Source of the DNA: Eledone cirrhosa
Taxonomy: Eukaryota
Length of the DNA: 64,000 nucleotides
Assembly (NCBI GenBank): GCA_964016885.1
Contig: CAXHJY010001530.1
Span: forward strand, 62,001 to 126,000
Direction: 5' to 3'
Made by a program: the position numbers and the translations under genes. The notes below the pieces were generated by a model, which worked only from the letters and a program-made list of their open reading frames with translations, searched no databases and was not told the origin of the DNA. How positions within the stretch are numbered: the first letter of the stretch is position 1; each line of letters starts with the position of its first letter. Of this stretch, positions 14,408 through 27,224 are shown one piece after another.

Positions 14408-14527
14408 ATAATTGTTTCTACTTTAGGCACAAGGCCAGCAATTACCCAGTGCATTACTGGTACTTTATTTTATCGACCACGTAAGTATGAAAGGCAAAGT
14501 CAACCTCGGCGGGATTTGAACTCAGAT
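14408..14527 (-). mobile_element. MetaSINE-like SINE
   Basis: Family match; flanking TTAAATAAT duplication. Confidence 0.85.
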
Positions 14528-15000
14528 TATATTAAATAATACAGATAGTTCTATTTCCATTGTTTTTGTCCTCTGCACCCAGGTGTTATATGTATATATA
14601 TATATATATCATCATCGTTTAACATCTATCTTCCATGCTAACATGGGTTAGACGGGAATTGTCCCACATTATTGCCTCAGTCCGATTTGACGAAAGTCGA
14701 TCGACTGTCGATATATGCCTCTATGGCAGTAGGATCTTGTTTGAGGGAGATTTGTTTTCTATTAGCTATACCAACAGTTATAGTGGCTCACATGACATAC
14801 ATAGATACATATACACACATGTATGTGTGTAAGACAGTTGTTTCTGATTTGAAATGGATTTTGCTAATATTTCTAGTAGATCGAGTTATCACATAGAACT
14901 ATTCCTTTTTGCTTCATACATATGTGTGTGTGTGTGTGTATGTGTGTGTGTGTAAGTATCCATACATACTTAAGAAAATACTATATATATATATATATAT

Positions 15001-15280
15001 AATTAAGATTGATTGATTAATTTGGTCTAGAAGATAATATTGTTTATTATCATGACCCTATATATTGCGTAAGTATGATTGATACAGAGATGGATATAAA
15101 AATATTTATATATTGAATAAAAGTTTCAAAGAGGTGCCCCAGTGTGGCCGTTTTTAACATAAGTGATTGAAAACAAATTCCCACACATCCACAATTGAAA
15201 TTATCTCATCTAATGAAAGGCAGAGAACTCCAAGTCTTAAGACGTGTTGTTGACGAAATATCATTGTGTTTATATTAGGA
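15001..15280. mobile_element. Left part of F4 element, split by a Helitron insertion
   Basis: Matches 25941-26227; its continuation resumes at 22865. Confidence 0.8.
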
Positions 15281-16229
15281 CTAGCTGAGCTACCCGGTGA
15301 TACCCGGGTATTTTATGAAAGTTACAATATATTTGGCACACATTACAAAATATTTGACCATTCAAATATGATTGCTGATTTTTAAGCAAAGTAGGAATTA
15401 TAGCAGAATATTTATTGCCGTTTGGTCAAAGTAAATCATCTAGATAAAAATTTTGTTTTTTCCAGTGGTGATTTTTTTAATACTGCTCCTATTACAGTCA
15501 GCATATATAATGCTTTACTCATAGATGAAACATTAGGTATGTTGTCAGTGAAAAGGGCATGACCCAAAAAATACATTTAGATTTTTTTTATTTATCCTTT
15601 TCTTTCTTTTTTGCTCAATCTGAACCTCTGAAATTCAAACATGTAAAGACTAATTTAAAAACCATAAATAAAATAAGAAAATAAATTTAACATTGGTTTA
15701 TGATTGAATGAAGCATTTACTTACTCATTTCTGTAATTCGGGGAAAGTGTATTTAAATTTGTACACTGTAGCTTTCACCAATCTTTGCCTCTATGGCAGT
15801 AGGATCTTGTTTGAGGGAGATTTGTTTTCTATTAGCTATACCAACAGTTATAGTGGCTCACATGACATACATAGATACATACACTCACATGTATGTGTGT
15901 AAGACAGTTGTTTGTGATTTGAAATGGATTTTGCTAATATTTCTAGTAGATCGAGTTATCACATAGAACCATTCCTTTTTGCTTCATACATATATACATA
16001 CCTGAGAAAGTAAGGTGGGATTTGAAGGAAATTTGGCTGCTATTTCTACCCAACAAAGTCCTCACTTATACTACTTTATATAGCAGAGGTACCCGGGAAT
16101 GCCTGCATATTCTTCCAAAGTAATACCATGCACTAAATTTGCGGCTTCAGAATTCCTTGCAAACTACATGACTAAGGAATTAGGATATGTGTGTATTGTC
16201 ATTGAATGAGGAATTACGACATTGCTCAT

Positions 16230-16834
16230 TCCAAAGCCTCTGGATAAATAACATTCTTGGTTTTGCCCTGTAGTGCCACAATGAAGAGTCAATCAGGGTT
16301 CCCAACCAGATTCAACCCAACGACTTTCAATGATTGCCCTTGAGATTTATTAATGGTCATGGCAAAACTGAGCCTGATTGGAAATTGAAGTCTTTGTAAT
16401 TCAAATGGCAAATCAGTTGACTTCAGCAGTATTCTGGGAATGAAACAATTGTCACCAGCAAATTTTCCTGACATGATTGCAACTTCTAGAACAGTGGGCA
16501 TCATATTTTTGATGATGAGTCTTGTGCCATTACAAAGTTTTGAAGGATCCAGATTGCGAAGTAACATAACCGATGCTCCAAGCTTCAGTATCAGGTTGTG
16601 TGGAGGAATTCCCGCTTGTTCACGACTGTTCAAAAATTCAGTTGGATAGTTTACAACCTGGTCTTGAGAAGTGATTGTGTCAACTGATTTGTAGCATATT
16701 TTCCCTCCCGGTAACATCTCCAGCAGCCTTCTGTTGATTTCTTTCACAGCAACATTTTTAGGTGCTAAGATTACTCGTTCACAGGAATTTCGGATCACAT
16801 TGCCTGGTCTGAATGTTTGGAAACACTCTGGCAA
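16230..16834 (-). pseudogene. Helitron RepHel Pif1-like helicase C-terminal fragment
   Basis: ILAPKN, MLLRNLDPSKLCNGTRL, RLQFPIRLSFAMTINKSQGQSL motifs. Confidence 0.95.
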
Positions 16835-17289
16835 TCAGAACATAAAAAACATAAAAAAACAAAATGGATGATCTCTTTTGATATTCATTAGAAAATAAGA
16901 TAAATTGAATTTAAATGAATTCTATGCTTTGCAAAGTAAAATTTTTTTGACCGTTATCTGTCCGAGTGTATAGTAAATATGTACATGTAATTTTGAGGAG
17001 TTTGGTCCGCTAATTTGCTAGTTTTAGGCGGACACACAGAATCGTAAACTTGCATTTAGATATATAGATAGATATGTTTCTTTATTAGCCACAGGGGCAC
17101 AAAAGAAGGGGACAAATACAAAGGGGGAAGTTTACATACAATAAAAACGTGTAAAATATTATCACAAATGTAATTTAAAAGTTAATCGATTTTCCCCAAT
17201 AGGGGGAGACATTTCATATGGGTAACACATACCCCCGAAAAAAATGTGCAACCCTCATCTCTAGGAGTACGAAGAGTTTGTACCCCTTT

Positions 17290-20200
17290 CCTCTCTTCCT
17301 CCTTTTACTCAACCTACATGCTTATATAGAGAGAAGGCCCATTCACTCGGGCCATTCTCGCCACATTCACCCACCTTTCATAAAACTTGCTGGGGTACAG
17401 CACCTCTCTCTCCATCCTGATTCTTCTTCCAAAGTGGTATTTGAAAAAAAGAATCAGTTGTTGGCCGGAGAGAAAGGTGTCTGACCTCAGCCCTTTTAAC
17501 CTCGTACACCATATAAGCTCTTTCACCATAGCCATAACACATAGGAAAACCGCCTCTCCGTCGTTTTTGAAGGAGGGTGGCGGTTAGGTTATCACAATGG
17601 ACTCGGTGGTCAACTGGATTGGTCCCACCCGCGACAATAGTCGTTCTACATAGCCCTACAGGTCGGTAACGCCCGGGCAGTGTACAAATGCGTGGGCGAC
17701 GGTTTCCTCGTCGCGCACGCATCTCGGACAGATCTTTTTCGAAGGGTCCCTGCCCGGGCGCCCGTGTCTGTAGAGCTTGTCTCGAACTGGTAGAGCTCCT
17801 CGGTAGCACTGCCAGGCCAGGGACTTTTGGAAGTTGTCCATCAGTCCCGGGCGGAAGGTTTTACCGAACAGACTGGCCAGTTCGTCTCCCTCTACGCCCA
17901 GAATTTCTCTGAGCGTATCGTCGCACTTGCTGCGGACCAACCTTCTATAGAATGACGAAGTGGAGTCTCCACTGATCGCCGGGTTCGCCTGCCAGAGGGC
18001 TGTGAGCGCCTGAGCACATTCGATGTGCCAGTCGCCCATTTTCCTCGGTCTTTGCTTGACCCAGGACTGCAGCTCAGTCAGCGAGACGAGTCGTGTGAAT
18101 GCTCGCCTCACGAACGGGGCCCACACCGGTTGTCCGTGAGGAATACATGGAGGAGCCGCAGCCTGAGCGTGTGTTTGCACATCGTCAGCCACGGCATACC
18201 CAGCTCTCCGTTTGAAGGGTGTTGGCAGCAGATGGATCTTCTCACCAAAGGAGCCCGCTTCTTCCAAAGGAATTGGAAGAGCGCGCGCTCCATTTTGGTG
18301 AGCGTTTTGGCTGGACAAGGCACGACGGTCAAGCGGTAGTAGATGACGTACGCTATAAAAGTGTTCGCCACCTCCGCTCGACCTTTCAAGGATAGTTTGC
18401 AGTCGGCCCACTTCTGGGTGAGTGCAAACACCTTGGCTGTTACATCGTTCCAGTTCTCCTCCACCCGGAGGTCCGGTCCAAACCAGGCCCCGAGCAGCTT
18501 TACCGGTCCTTCCGTCCAGCATCTGACGACGCCATCGGAAGGTACCCGTTTGCCTCTCCACGATCCGAGTGGCAAACCGATGGACTTGTCCTGGTTCAGC
18601 TTCGCTCCTGTGAACCTTTCGTATTCCTTCAGTAAGGTGCCAATTTCCTCGATTTGCGAGGTGCTCGACACCATTACTGTCACGCCGCTTTCCGCAGTCA
18701 CGGTCCCATAGAGATGCCCTGCAATAGCTCCAACTTTCGCAGTAGTGGCTCCAGAGTCAGTACGTACAGAAGGGAGGAGAGAGGGCATCCCTGTCGAATG
18801 GATCGCGTGATATGGAACGGCTCTAAGAGGTAGCCATTTACCTTGACCCTTGAGCAGGTGTTGCTGTTGTGCATTGCAGCAATCCAGCCCCTGAACACGG
18901 GTCCGAAGCCTGCCGCCTCGAGCACCGCCACCAGGTAACGATGGTCAACCCTATCGAAAGCCTTAGATTGATCCAAGTTGATTAGGGCCCCACCGAAGCC
19001 GGGTTTACACCCAACCCTCTCTATGATGTATCGCATGAGGTGGAGGTTGTTGTGTATGGACATGGTCGGGATTGCGCATGTCTGCGCTTCTCCCACCAGG
19101 TTTTCGACGACAAGCGCCAGCCTCTTTGCCAACACCTTCGCCAAAATCTGTAACTCTGTGTTTAGCAGAGTTATGGGCCGGAAGTTGCCTATGTCATCCC
19201 CCTTATTCTCGTCCTTCCTGACTAGTGTAACTACGCCCCTGGTCACAGAACTGGGAATTCTCCCGTTCTGTTGCCAGTTGCAATAAACCGCTCCCAGGAG
19301 ACCGGAGAACAAGTCCGGCATGCTACGTAAAATTCGTAGGGTAGACCGTCGAGACCTGGTGATTTGCGTTTGCCGCATTGGCTCAGCGCGTCCCCTATCT
19401 CAGCGGCTGAAATCGACTTTTCGCAGAACTTTGTCTCGGTGTCCGAGAGTGGCGGTAGGCCGTCGAAGTATGGACCGAAATCCATAGCTCCTCCCGGCGC
19501 GCCGCGCTACCCAAACAACCGAGCAAAGTGTCGTTGAAAGGCCGCGCACATCTGCTTCGGCTCAGGTATCACGCGTCCGTCTTGGTCCTTCAAAGACTGA
19601 ATCGTGGACTTGTTGCCACTTTTCGCCTCCGTCACTCGGGCCCAGCTAATAGCTTTGGCTCCCTCGTTACCCAGAGCACGTATTTTGCTTCTGACAACAC
19701 AGCACTCATGCTTTGCGTCGAAGAACTGGTCCAAAGCCATTCTCGTTGCTAGCACGCTGGCTACGTTGCCACTTCTAATTGCCTCTTCTACTTTATCTAC
19801 CAGTTCCTTCTCGCTCCTATTTCTATCTAACGCTAATTCTTTACTAAAAACTATCGAGTCTAATCTAACTGGCCTCTTGAGAAAGTACCACCATCTGTTG
19901 TTGACAATGGCCCCTGTCAAGTGCTGTTTAACTAAAGTGCTAATCCGTCTACTGTAGGCTTTGCATGTCGGTAACGACAAGTTCAGCTTCCAGTAGCCGG
20001 GTCATTGTCTATGGGTTCTATGAAGGATGACCACGCAGGTCACTAGTTTGTGATCTGAATAGGCAACCATGAATATTTTTGGACAGCTTAACATGTCCCT
20101 ATCCTTATTTCTCACTAGAACCCTATCTAGGTACGATCTAGATGTTCCGCTGCGATTAGTCAATGTTCACAGTGGCACAGTCGGAAAATCTAGTCGATAT

Positions 20201-20730
20201 CTATTGGCCTGGTCAAATCGGCCGATTAACTGTTTGAGGATGTTACAACCCCCTTTATCGGGACATGCTCTTACATAGTTCCAACGTGCATCTAGGATTC
20301 CATTCCAGTCCCCCACTAAAAGCAAGGAGCGGGACATTCCCAGAAAAGTCTCTAGACGTTTGAAGAAGTCTAGCCGCAGTGTCCCGGATGGTGCATATGC
20401 GACCACCAGCCTGAAGGCTTCACCTTCACTACCGTGAACGTCTAGGACCACCAGTCGACCCTCCGGGTCCAGATGTACCGTCTGTGTTACGAGGTCCAGG
20501 TGTTTCCGCAGCAAAACGGCAACCCCGCCCCCAACTTCCGGCTGACAGAGAGATGCGTAGATCTCAAAGTCGTCGAAGATGGGGGCCAGATGTCGCTCGC
20601 TGTGGATCCTGGACTCACAAATGGCTACTACATCCATACTGTGCGACCTGAGGTCGTTTAAGAGTTTGCTCTGTTTCCAGGGCATCCCCAGGCCGCGTAC
20701 GGTCAAACATCCAAATCTTATATTGGCCAT
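17290..20730 (-). pseudogene. Tx1 ORF2: APE endonuclease, RT and C-terminal zinc finger
   Basis: GDWNGILD, KSPGLDGLPYEFY, NFRPITLLN, DQSKAFDRVDH, RQGCPLS, CPRC..ETVAHAFVHC across several frames. Confidence 0.93.
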
Positions 20731-22484
20731 GTTGGTGCTGAAAATTTAAAAGAAGAGGAAAAGAAATCACTCACCCTTCGTCTCCTGGGGACCAGGCTGC
20801 ACGATTTCCATGGGGGTGTTAGAAGGGTTGTCTGGGTGGGTGGTGGTTTCCGACGGGGTGAGGACGGAGATGTTTGGTGGGGAGGAGTGTCTGGTGGGAT
20901 GGGGGTGTCTGGGGTATGGGTGTCTGAGGTGGGGAGACATTTGAGAAGGACGCGGTTAAGTGGTTTCACACAGGAATTCCTCACATCCTTTTCAAATGTT
21001 TCTTTTAGGGACCTATAAGTTTGTATAGGGACCCTAATCAGTTTTAGGTTCAGTTTTTTGTTATTTTTAATAGAGTGGGCGGAAGTTTTCCCTTCGGTTT
21101 TCACTGAAAGGTTGTTCATGATGGTCTCCATTAGTGTTTTGATTTCAGTGTTTATGTATGTGTAAGTGTAATTTTCTTGTGTTGTGTTTGTTTTTGTCTG
21201 TAGTTCTTGTGTGTGCTTTCGTTTTGTTGTAGGTATTTTGTTTTCAGGAGGTGGGGTTTTGTTTGTGATGTTTTTGTTGTTTGTGTTGGTCGTTGTATGT
21301 TTGTGGTAGTGTTTGCTGTTTTGTTTTTTGTTTTTGTGGTGTCTTTTCTTTCTTTTCGAGCGATGGGGTTCTCCCTCGTCTTCACTGGGTGATGACGAGA
21401 TAGCCTCATCTGTTGTATCGTCTGTGAGATTGGGGAGGGGTATGTCTTGGGGAGCTGCTGTGTCTGTATGTGATTTTGCAGTGGTTTTAGGTGGAGTGGG
21501 GTTTGGTGGGACTGTGTTTGCAGTTTGGTTTGTTTTTGTTATTTTTGTGTGTTGTTGTTGCTGTTGTGGTGGTGGTGATTGTGTTGTTGTGTTGGGTGTC
21601 GGCATTAGTGCCTTTTTTTAATGCAGTTAATTGAAGACAGGAAGCCCTCAGGTGACCACTGCTTAAACACTGGTAATATGAAGGCCGCCTACCCTCAACA
21701 GAAATGTTTATATAGGAATTTCCATCCAGAAGCACACGTTGTGGTATTCTAGCTATCCGTTCTGGTCTCATTTGGACCAGAACTTCTAAGCTTGTACCAT
21801 TGAATATGTCCCTGGAGGACTTTCCAACCGAAATTACTGTATCTTCATCAAAATTGATGAAACCAGCTAATATCCACCAGATGTTTACATTTAGAGTGAT
21901 ATTTGTTACTTTTATTTTTTGAGTCCTTTTCCCCATATATCTGGGGGAAAAGGTGTAGAGGGGGGACACAATTGGTGACACAGAATATTTCTGTGCCGTT
22001 AATTGGTCTTTCATTATTATTGATAAACTCCCGAAGAGTTTTTCCTTCTGTATGAAGGTAATGTCCTTCATGGAGTTTCTTAGAACCAGCTCAGTTTCGT
22101 TTTGAGTTAATTGAGCTGGTTTTCTGGTGGTATTTGAGATTGTCGTAAAAACTATAGTTTTCCGGACAGTGTCTCTACGCAATTCTTGGGGAGAAGTGAT
22201 GCTAAAAGCGCCATTCTCCCCAACAGTTATATATTGCTTGGCATCTCTTAGCAATTCTCCGGCATTAGAGATGTCAATCTATGTATATAGTTCTATCTTT
22301 TGGACAGTTTGCGCAAACGAAACGTTTTTTCCTTGTTTGTGGAGTTGTTCTTGTTGGTGTTGTTGTCATTACTGTTGCTGCTGTTGGTGTTGTTGTCATC
22401 ATGTTTGCTGTTGTTGTCATTGTTGTCGTTGTTGTTGTTGTTTTTGTAGTTCTCAATTGCTTGATTTGTGGTTGTGGAATTCAT
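20718..22484 (-). pseudogene. Tx1 ORF1 (gag-like) with degenerate CCHC knuckle and Asn/Thr/Pro/Gln-rich regions
   Basis: VEGRRPSYYQCLSSGHLRASC; lies upstream of ORF2. Confidence 0.75.
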
Positions 22485-22904
22485 TTGTGAAGTTGTGTTT
22501 TTCTCTTGTTCAATATTTTTTGTGCCGTATGTGTTTCCATATTTTTGTTTTGGTGTGATTTATCTCGTTCACTACTTGTTGCCATAGTGACATTCATTTC
22601 AACGCTCCCATTTCCATTTTTGGCGGGAAGCGTTTTAATGTTAACATTCATAGTTAAACAGGTTGTTATAAATTTTTATATGAACATTTTTATGAAAATT
22701 TCAATGACCCACCCACTGACAATTTAGTCAGAGGGTCAATCTATATAGTGGTATAATTTTTAAAAACAATAATCTTTGTTTTTTATAAATAAAAGACAAA
22801 AACTTTCCAGCGTGACTGGCACACAACTTCCTCTATTTCAGACAGATAGATATATATAGATAGATATAGATGTTAATAGGCTCTTAAATAGATGTAAGTA
22901 ATTG

Positions 22905-23021
22905 TGCGCGACGGCTGGTCTGAAGTACGCATGTGCGTTGGATTGTCGCAAGTGCGCAATCGCGACGCCTGGACGGATGTGCGCATGCGCGACGCCTGGA
23001 CGGAAGAGCGCATGCGCGAAG
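22905..23021. repeat. ~27-bp tandem repeat with GCGCATGCGC and CGGAAG motifs (F4)
   Basis: Also at 26267-26412 and 26520-26705. Confidence 0.85.
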
Positions 23022-23168
23022 GCTTAAAATCCTATATGTATTCGAAAATATTATATATATATATAAGTATGTATACGTACATACATATATGTATACAGAC
23101 GCACAGTAGTATGTATATATATACATACATGCACACATATATATATGCATGTATGGATTTATCGAGCA

Positions 23169-24078
23169 TCATTATCTATAAATTGTTGTTGTTGTGTGTG
23201 TGTGCATGTTCCATGTTTATACATTTGCACAATTTCAAACCGATTCGACTCAACGTCTGTAAGAATGTTGTAAATGCTCTAACTTAGGTCAACGACTATT
23301 TATTTCATTCACACTCACCCCCAATTACGGAAATAATCGATAAAACTAAATACATGACGCTTTACTCCTCTAATACAATCAGAAATCCTCTCTCTACTCC
23401 CCTTAAACTTTAAGAGAGAGAGAGTGTGTGTTTATTGACCTATGTGGTCAATAAACCTGCTAGAAACAGCAGCTAACTCTCCCCCATATTCAAAAGCAAC
23501 AGATACATTTATTCAACAACAAAAAAAATAGCGATAAATCTATTTTAAAACATCTATCAACGAACGTGGAAGAAAGAAGTATCAGTTCATTTACTATACA
23601 CAATAATATCCCCAATGTGGTCACTAAACCTGCTAGAAACAGCAGCTAACTCCCCCCCCCCTATCACACCACTCCCTACTGTCTTAAATTTAGAAAACAT
23701 ATCTCTATGAGGTCACTAAACCTGCTAGAAACAGCAGCTAACTCTCCCCCATATCACACCCCTCCCTACTGTCTTAAATTTAGAAAACACACATTAGACA
23801 ACCAAGCAGAACAACTCCATCGCAGCTCTGTTGTTCGGCTGGCATCGCCTACGAGCGAGTTGCGCAAGTACTGTGAAACAATAAATTTCAACACTTCTTT
23901 GCACAGAGATAATATCAATAGGCGAAACTACAACTGTCACTGCTCCTGCTTCGGCAGTCCAGGTCTGCAATTCATTCACCCAGTGCCTGGCAGACAAAAA
24001 AGTGCTGCCATGAAATGGGTGGTGCAACCTAACTTTGATAACATACTGACCCCGAGCAACGCCGGGCTTTAATGCTAG
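23169..24078 (+). mobile_element. Non-autonomous Helitron inserted into F4
   Basis: 5' TC, 3' cccgagcaacgccggg hairpin and CTAG; splits host cgagca|tttattataatg (intact near 24500). Contains three SINE-tail-like repeats at ~23444, ~23618 and ~23710. Confidence 0.85.
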
Positions 24079-24179
24079 TTTATTATAATGCTCGGTTTGT
24101 TTGTAAACAAACATCCCGAATTAAGCCGTACAGTGTTTAGGAACCATCGCTTCCCTTTTGTTCACCACTGACAAAAGAA

Positions 24180-24221
24180 CGATGTACTTAGTTTCAAGCT
24201 TATTAGCTATCGTCAGCACCG
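24180..24221 (-). ncRNA. Minimal type I HHR (F4)
   Basis: cggtg-CTGACGA-tagct aata agctt-GAAACTAAGTA-catcg. Confidence 0.8.
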
Positions 24222-24739
24222 TATACCTTCCTGCCAGATGATTGAACGTCTGAAAGTATATACTTTCCTTATGCATATTAAGGGCTGAGCAGCCTAATTT
24301 GCATATCGAGTGAGTTAATCGTCCGGGCGTACCGAAAACGATAAATGGCAAAAATGAAACGAAATTTCATTTCTCACTCTTAGTACGGCTGTTACTTAAA
24401 TATAAGTATGTATACGTACATACATATATGTATACAGACGCACAGTAGTATGTATATATATACATACATGCACACATATATATATACGTATGGATTTACC
24501 GAGCATTTATTATAATGCTCGATTTGTTTGTAAACAAACATCCCTAATTAAGCCGTACAGTGTTTAGCAATCATCTGGATGTTTGTTTACAAACAAACCG
24601 AGCATTCGTTTCATTTTTTTCCAGTTATCGTTTTCGGTGAGCCCAGCCGATTAACTAACTCGATATGAAAATTAGGCTACTCAGCCGTTAATATGCATAA
24701 GGTAAGTATATACGTTCAACAATCTGGCAGGAAGGTATA

Positions 24740-24780
24740 CGTTGCTAACGATAGCTAACAAGCTTGAAACTAGTAAAGCG
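24740..24780 (+). ncRNA. HHR (F4), core mutated to CTAACGA, probably inactive
   Basis: cgttg-CTAACGA-tagctaacaagctt-GAAACTAGTA-aagcg. Confidence 0.6.
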
Positions 24781-25347
24781 TTCCTTTGTCAGTGTTGAAC
24801 AAACGAGCAACGGTGGTTGTTAGACACTACGGCGTAATACCGGATGTTTGTTTACAAATACACCGAGCATTATAATAAATGTTTGGTGAATCCATACGTA
24901 CATATATATATGTGTGCATGTATGTATATATATATACATACTACTGTACGTCTGTATACATATATGTATGTACGTATACATACTTATATTTAAGTAACAG
25001 CCGTACTAAGAGTGGGACATGAAATTTCGTTTCATTTTTTTCCGTTTATATATATATATATAGAGAGAGAGATTTTGAGTATATGTTGGTTGTATACCAA
25101 CACCTCAGTATGTAGGCTGGAGCACTCGACGAAGTGCGCAGGTTGGTTTGGTTACTCCGGAGCAACGTCAATTAAAGTTAAATAAAAAGTGAAATGTTTA
25201 AAATTTAGCTTCGTTTATTACTGATTACTGATATGATTCCAGTACCTCAGAGAAATAACAACCTAACCAGGAACTGGACATATCAGAGTATTGACAAAAT
25301 TATACACCTCAACAACATATGTACTTGTCTATACCACACTATTTCGG

Positions 25348-25402
25348 ACTGCCTGAAGAGGTCACAGCCAAAGATGGCTGTCACTGAAATATATATAGCA
25401 GT
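25348..25402 (+). ncRNA. Type I HHR (F5)
   Basis: actgc-CTGAAGA-ggtc acagcca aaga tggctgt cact-GAAATATATATA-gcagt; palindromic stem III. Host element has inverted repeats 25172-25222 / 25399-25450. Confidence 0.88.
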
Positions 25403-25447
25403 AATAAACGAAGCTAAATTTTAAACATTTGACTTTTTATTTAACTT

Positions 25448-25497
<50 letters not shown>

Positions 25498-25629
25498 ATA
25501 TATTGTTATACTTGGGGCGGGTCATATTGTTGTGATAATATTGCCAGAAATAATAACAGAACACATTCACTGTTTAGTTGGTTTTCGTTTCTGTATCTTT
25601 TATATTCCACAGTTAATTCATTTGGTATA

Positions 25630-25670
25630 CGTTGCTGACGATAGCTAATAAGCTTGAAACTAGTACAGCC
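25630..25670 (+). ncRNA. Minimal type I HHR (F4)
   Basis: cgttg-CTGACGA-tagct aata agctt-GAAACTAGTA-cagcc. Confidence 0.85.
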
Positions 25671-27029
25671 TTCCTTTGTCAGTGTTGAACAAACGAACAA
25701 CGATGGTTGCTAGACACTACGGCTTAATACGGGATGTTTGTTTACAAACACACCGAGCATTATAATAAATGTTCGGTGAATCCATACGTACATATATATA
25801 TATGTGTGCATGTATATATATATATATACTACTGTGCGTCTGTATTCATATATGTATGTATACATACTTATATTTAAGTAACAGCCGTACTAAGACTAAG
25901 AAATAAAATTTCGTTTCATTTTTTCCATTTATATATATATAATTATGATTGATTGATTAATTTAGTCTAGAAGCTGATATTGTTTATTATCATGACCCTA
26001 TATATTCCGTAAGTATGATTGATACAGAGATGAATTAAAAATAAAATATATATATATATTGAATAAAAAGTGTGAAAGAGGTGCTCCAGCGTGGCCGTTT
26101 TTAACATAAGCGATTGAAAACAAATTCCGACACATACACAATTGAAACTATTTCATCTATTGAAAGGGAGAGAACTCCAAGTCTTAAGACATGTTGACGA
26201 AATAATATCATTGTGTTTATATTAGGATATAGATGTTGATAGGCTCTTAAATAGATGTAAGTAATTGTGCGCGAAGGCTGGATAGAAGTGCGCATGCGCG
26301 AAGGCTGGATGGAAGTGCGCATGTGCGAAGGCTGAATGGTAGTGCGCATGCGCGACGGCTGGACCGATTTGCGCATGCGCGAAGCCTGGACGGAAGTGTG
26401 CATGCGCGAAGGTTGAAAATCCTATATGTATACGAAAAAAAAAAAATATATATATATAATTACCATTGATTGATTCATTTAGTCTAGAAGCTGATATTGT
26501 TTATTATCAGGACCCTATAGTGCGCAATGGCTGGACCGAAGTGCGCATGTGCGAAGGCTGGATGGAAGTGTGCATGCACAAGTCTGGAAATAAGTGCGCA
26601 CGCGCTAAGTCTGGACCGAAGTGCACTGGCACGAAGTCTGGACGAAGTGCGCATACGCAAAGGCTGGATGCAATGGCACATGCGCGATGGCTGGGCCGAA
26701 GTGCGTTTATATTGGTTGTAGTGCAGCCGTTAAAGTGTGCTGTATCTGTTAATGGAAGATTTATGCATAATTATATTATAAACGCGGAAATATTCACGTA
26801 TATATGTATATGTTATATTTCAGAATTTAACGGCCGCCCTACTACCAATATAAACACACAATTTCTCCAAATTATCTAGCGTCTAAAATAACGGTCTTTT
26901 TATCTGTTTAATATATTTTTGTTAAGATATATCCTGTGGAATTTTGAGTTTTTATTCCATATGCCCACTGCAAGCTGAAGATGAAAGTTTATATTTTGGG
27001 TATGTCACTATCTTATACATCAAACATTG

Positions 27030-27089
27030 TATTTTATCTGATGAAAGCATACCATAATTTGGTATCCTTGAAATACGTATAACAAAATA
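27030..27089 (+). ncRNA. Type I HHR (F6)
   Basis: tattttat-CTGATGA-aagcatacca taatt tggtatcctt-GAAATACGTATA-acaaaata; palindromic ATACGTAT stem III. Confidence 0.85.
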
Positions 27090-27224
27090 AATATGATGCT
27101 ATAGTGATATTTTCCATTTATTACTATTAATAATATTATAATACTCCAGATATATTTCTAGAGCGAAATTTTCTTTTTTATTTGAATTTGGCAAAGCCGG
27201 CCATTTATCGCTCGTAAACAGGAA

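Larger units (their letters stand above)
17076..22843 (-). mobile_element. Near full-length Tx1/L1-clade non-LTR retrotransposon, frameshifted
   Basis: ORF1 and ORF2 remnants; 10-bp TSD AGATAGATAT at 17066-17075 and 22844-22853. Confidence 0.9.
15281..22864 (-). mobile_element. Helitron (own sequence 15281-~17075, interrupted by Tx1 LINE)
   Basis: Minus-strand 3' end has a CCCGG hairpin and CTAG at 15281; 5' TC at 22864; A|T target site; Pif1 helicase remnant. Confidence 0.8.
24079..26440. mobile_element. F4 PLE/retrozyme-like units in direct and inverted orientation, with F5 nested at 25072-25452
   Basis: 24079-24580 forward, 24575-25045 inverted, 25625-25930 inverted, 25941-26440 forward; another copy at 31487-31816. 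Confidence 0.7.

Noticed and set aside
25085-25147. Possible HDV-like ribozyme (accaac/gttggt, gcact/agtgc hairpin)
   Set aside because: P1 would be almost all G-U pairs and J4/2 lacks the conserved A.
26267-26705. Regular repeats resembling a CRISPR array
   Set aside because: No unique spacers, no cas genes, eukaryotic context.
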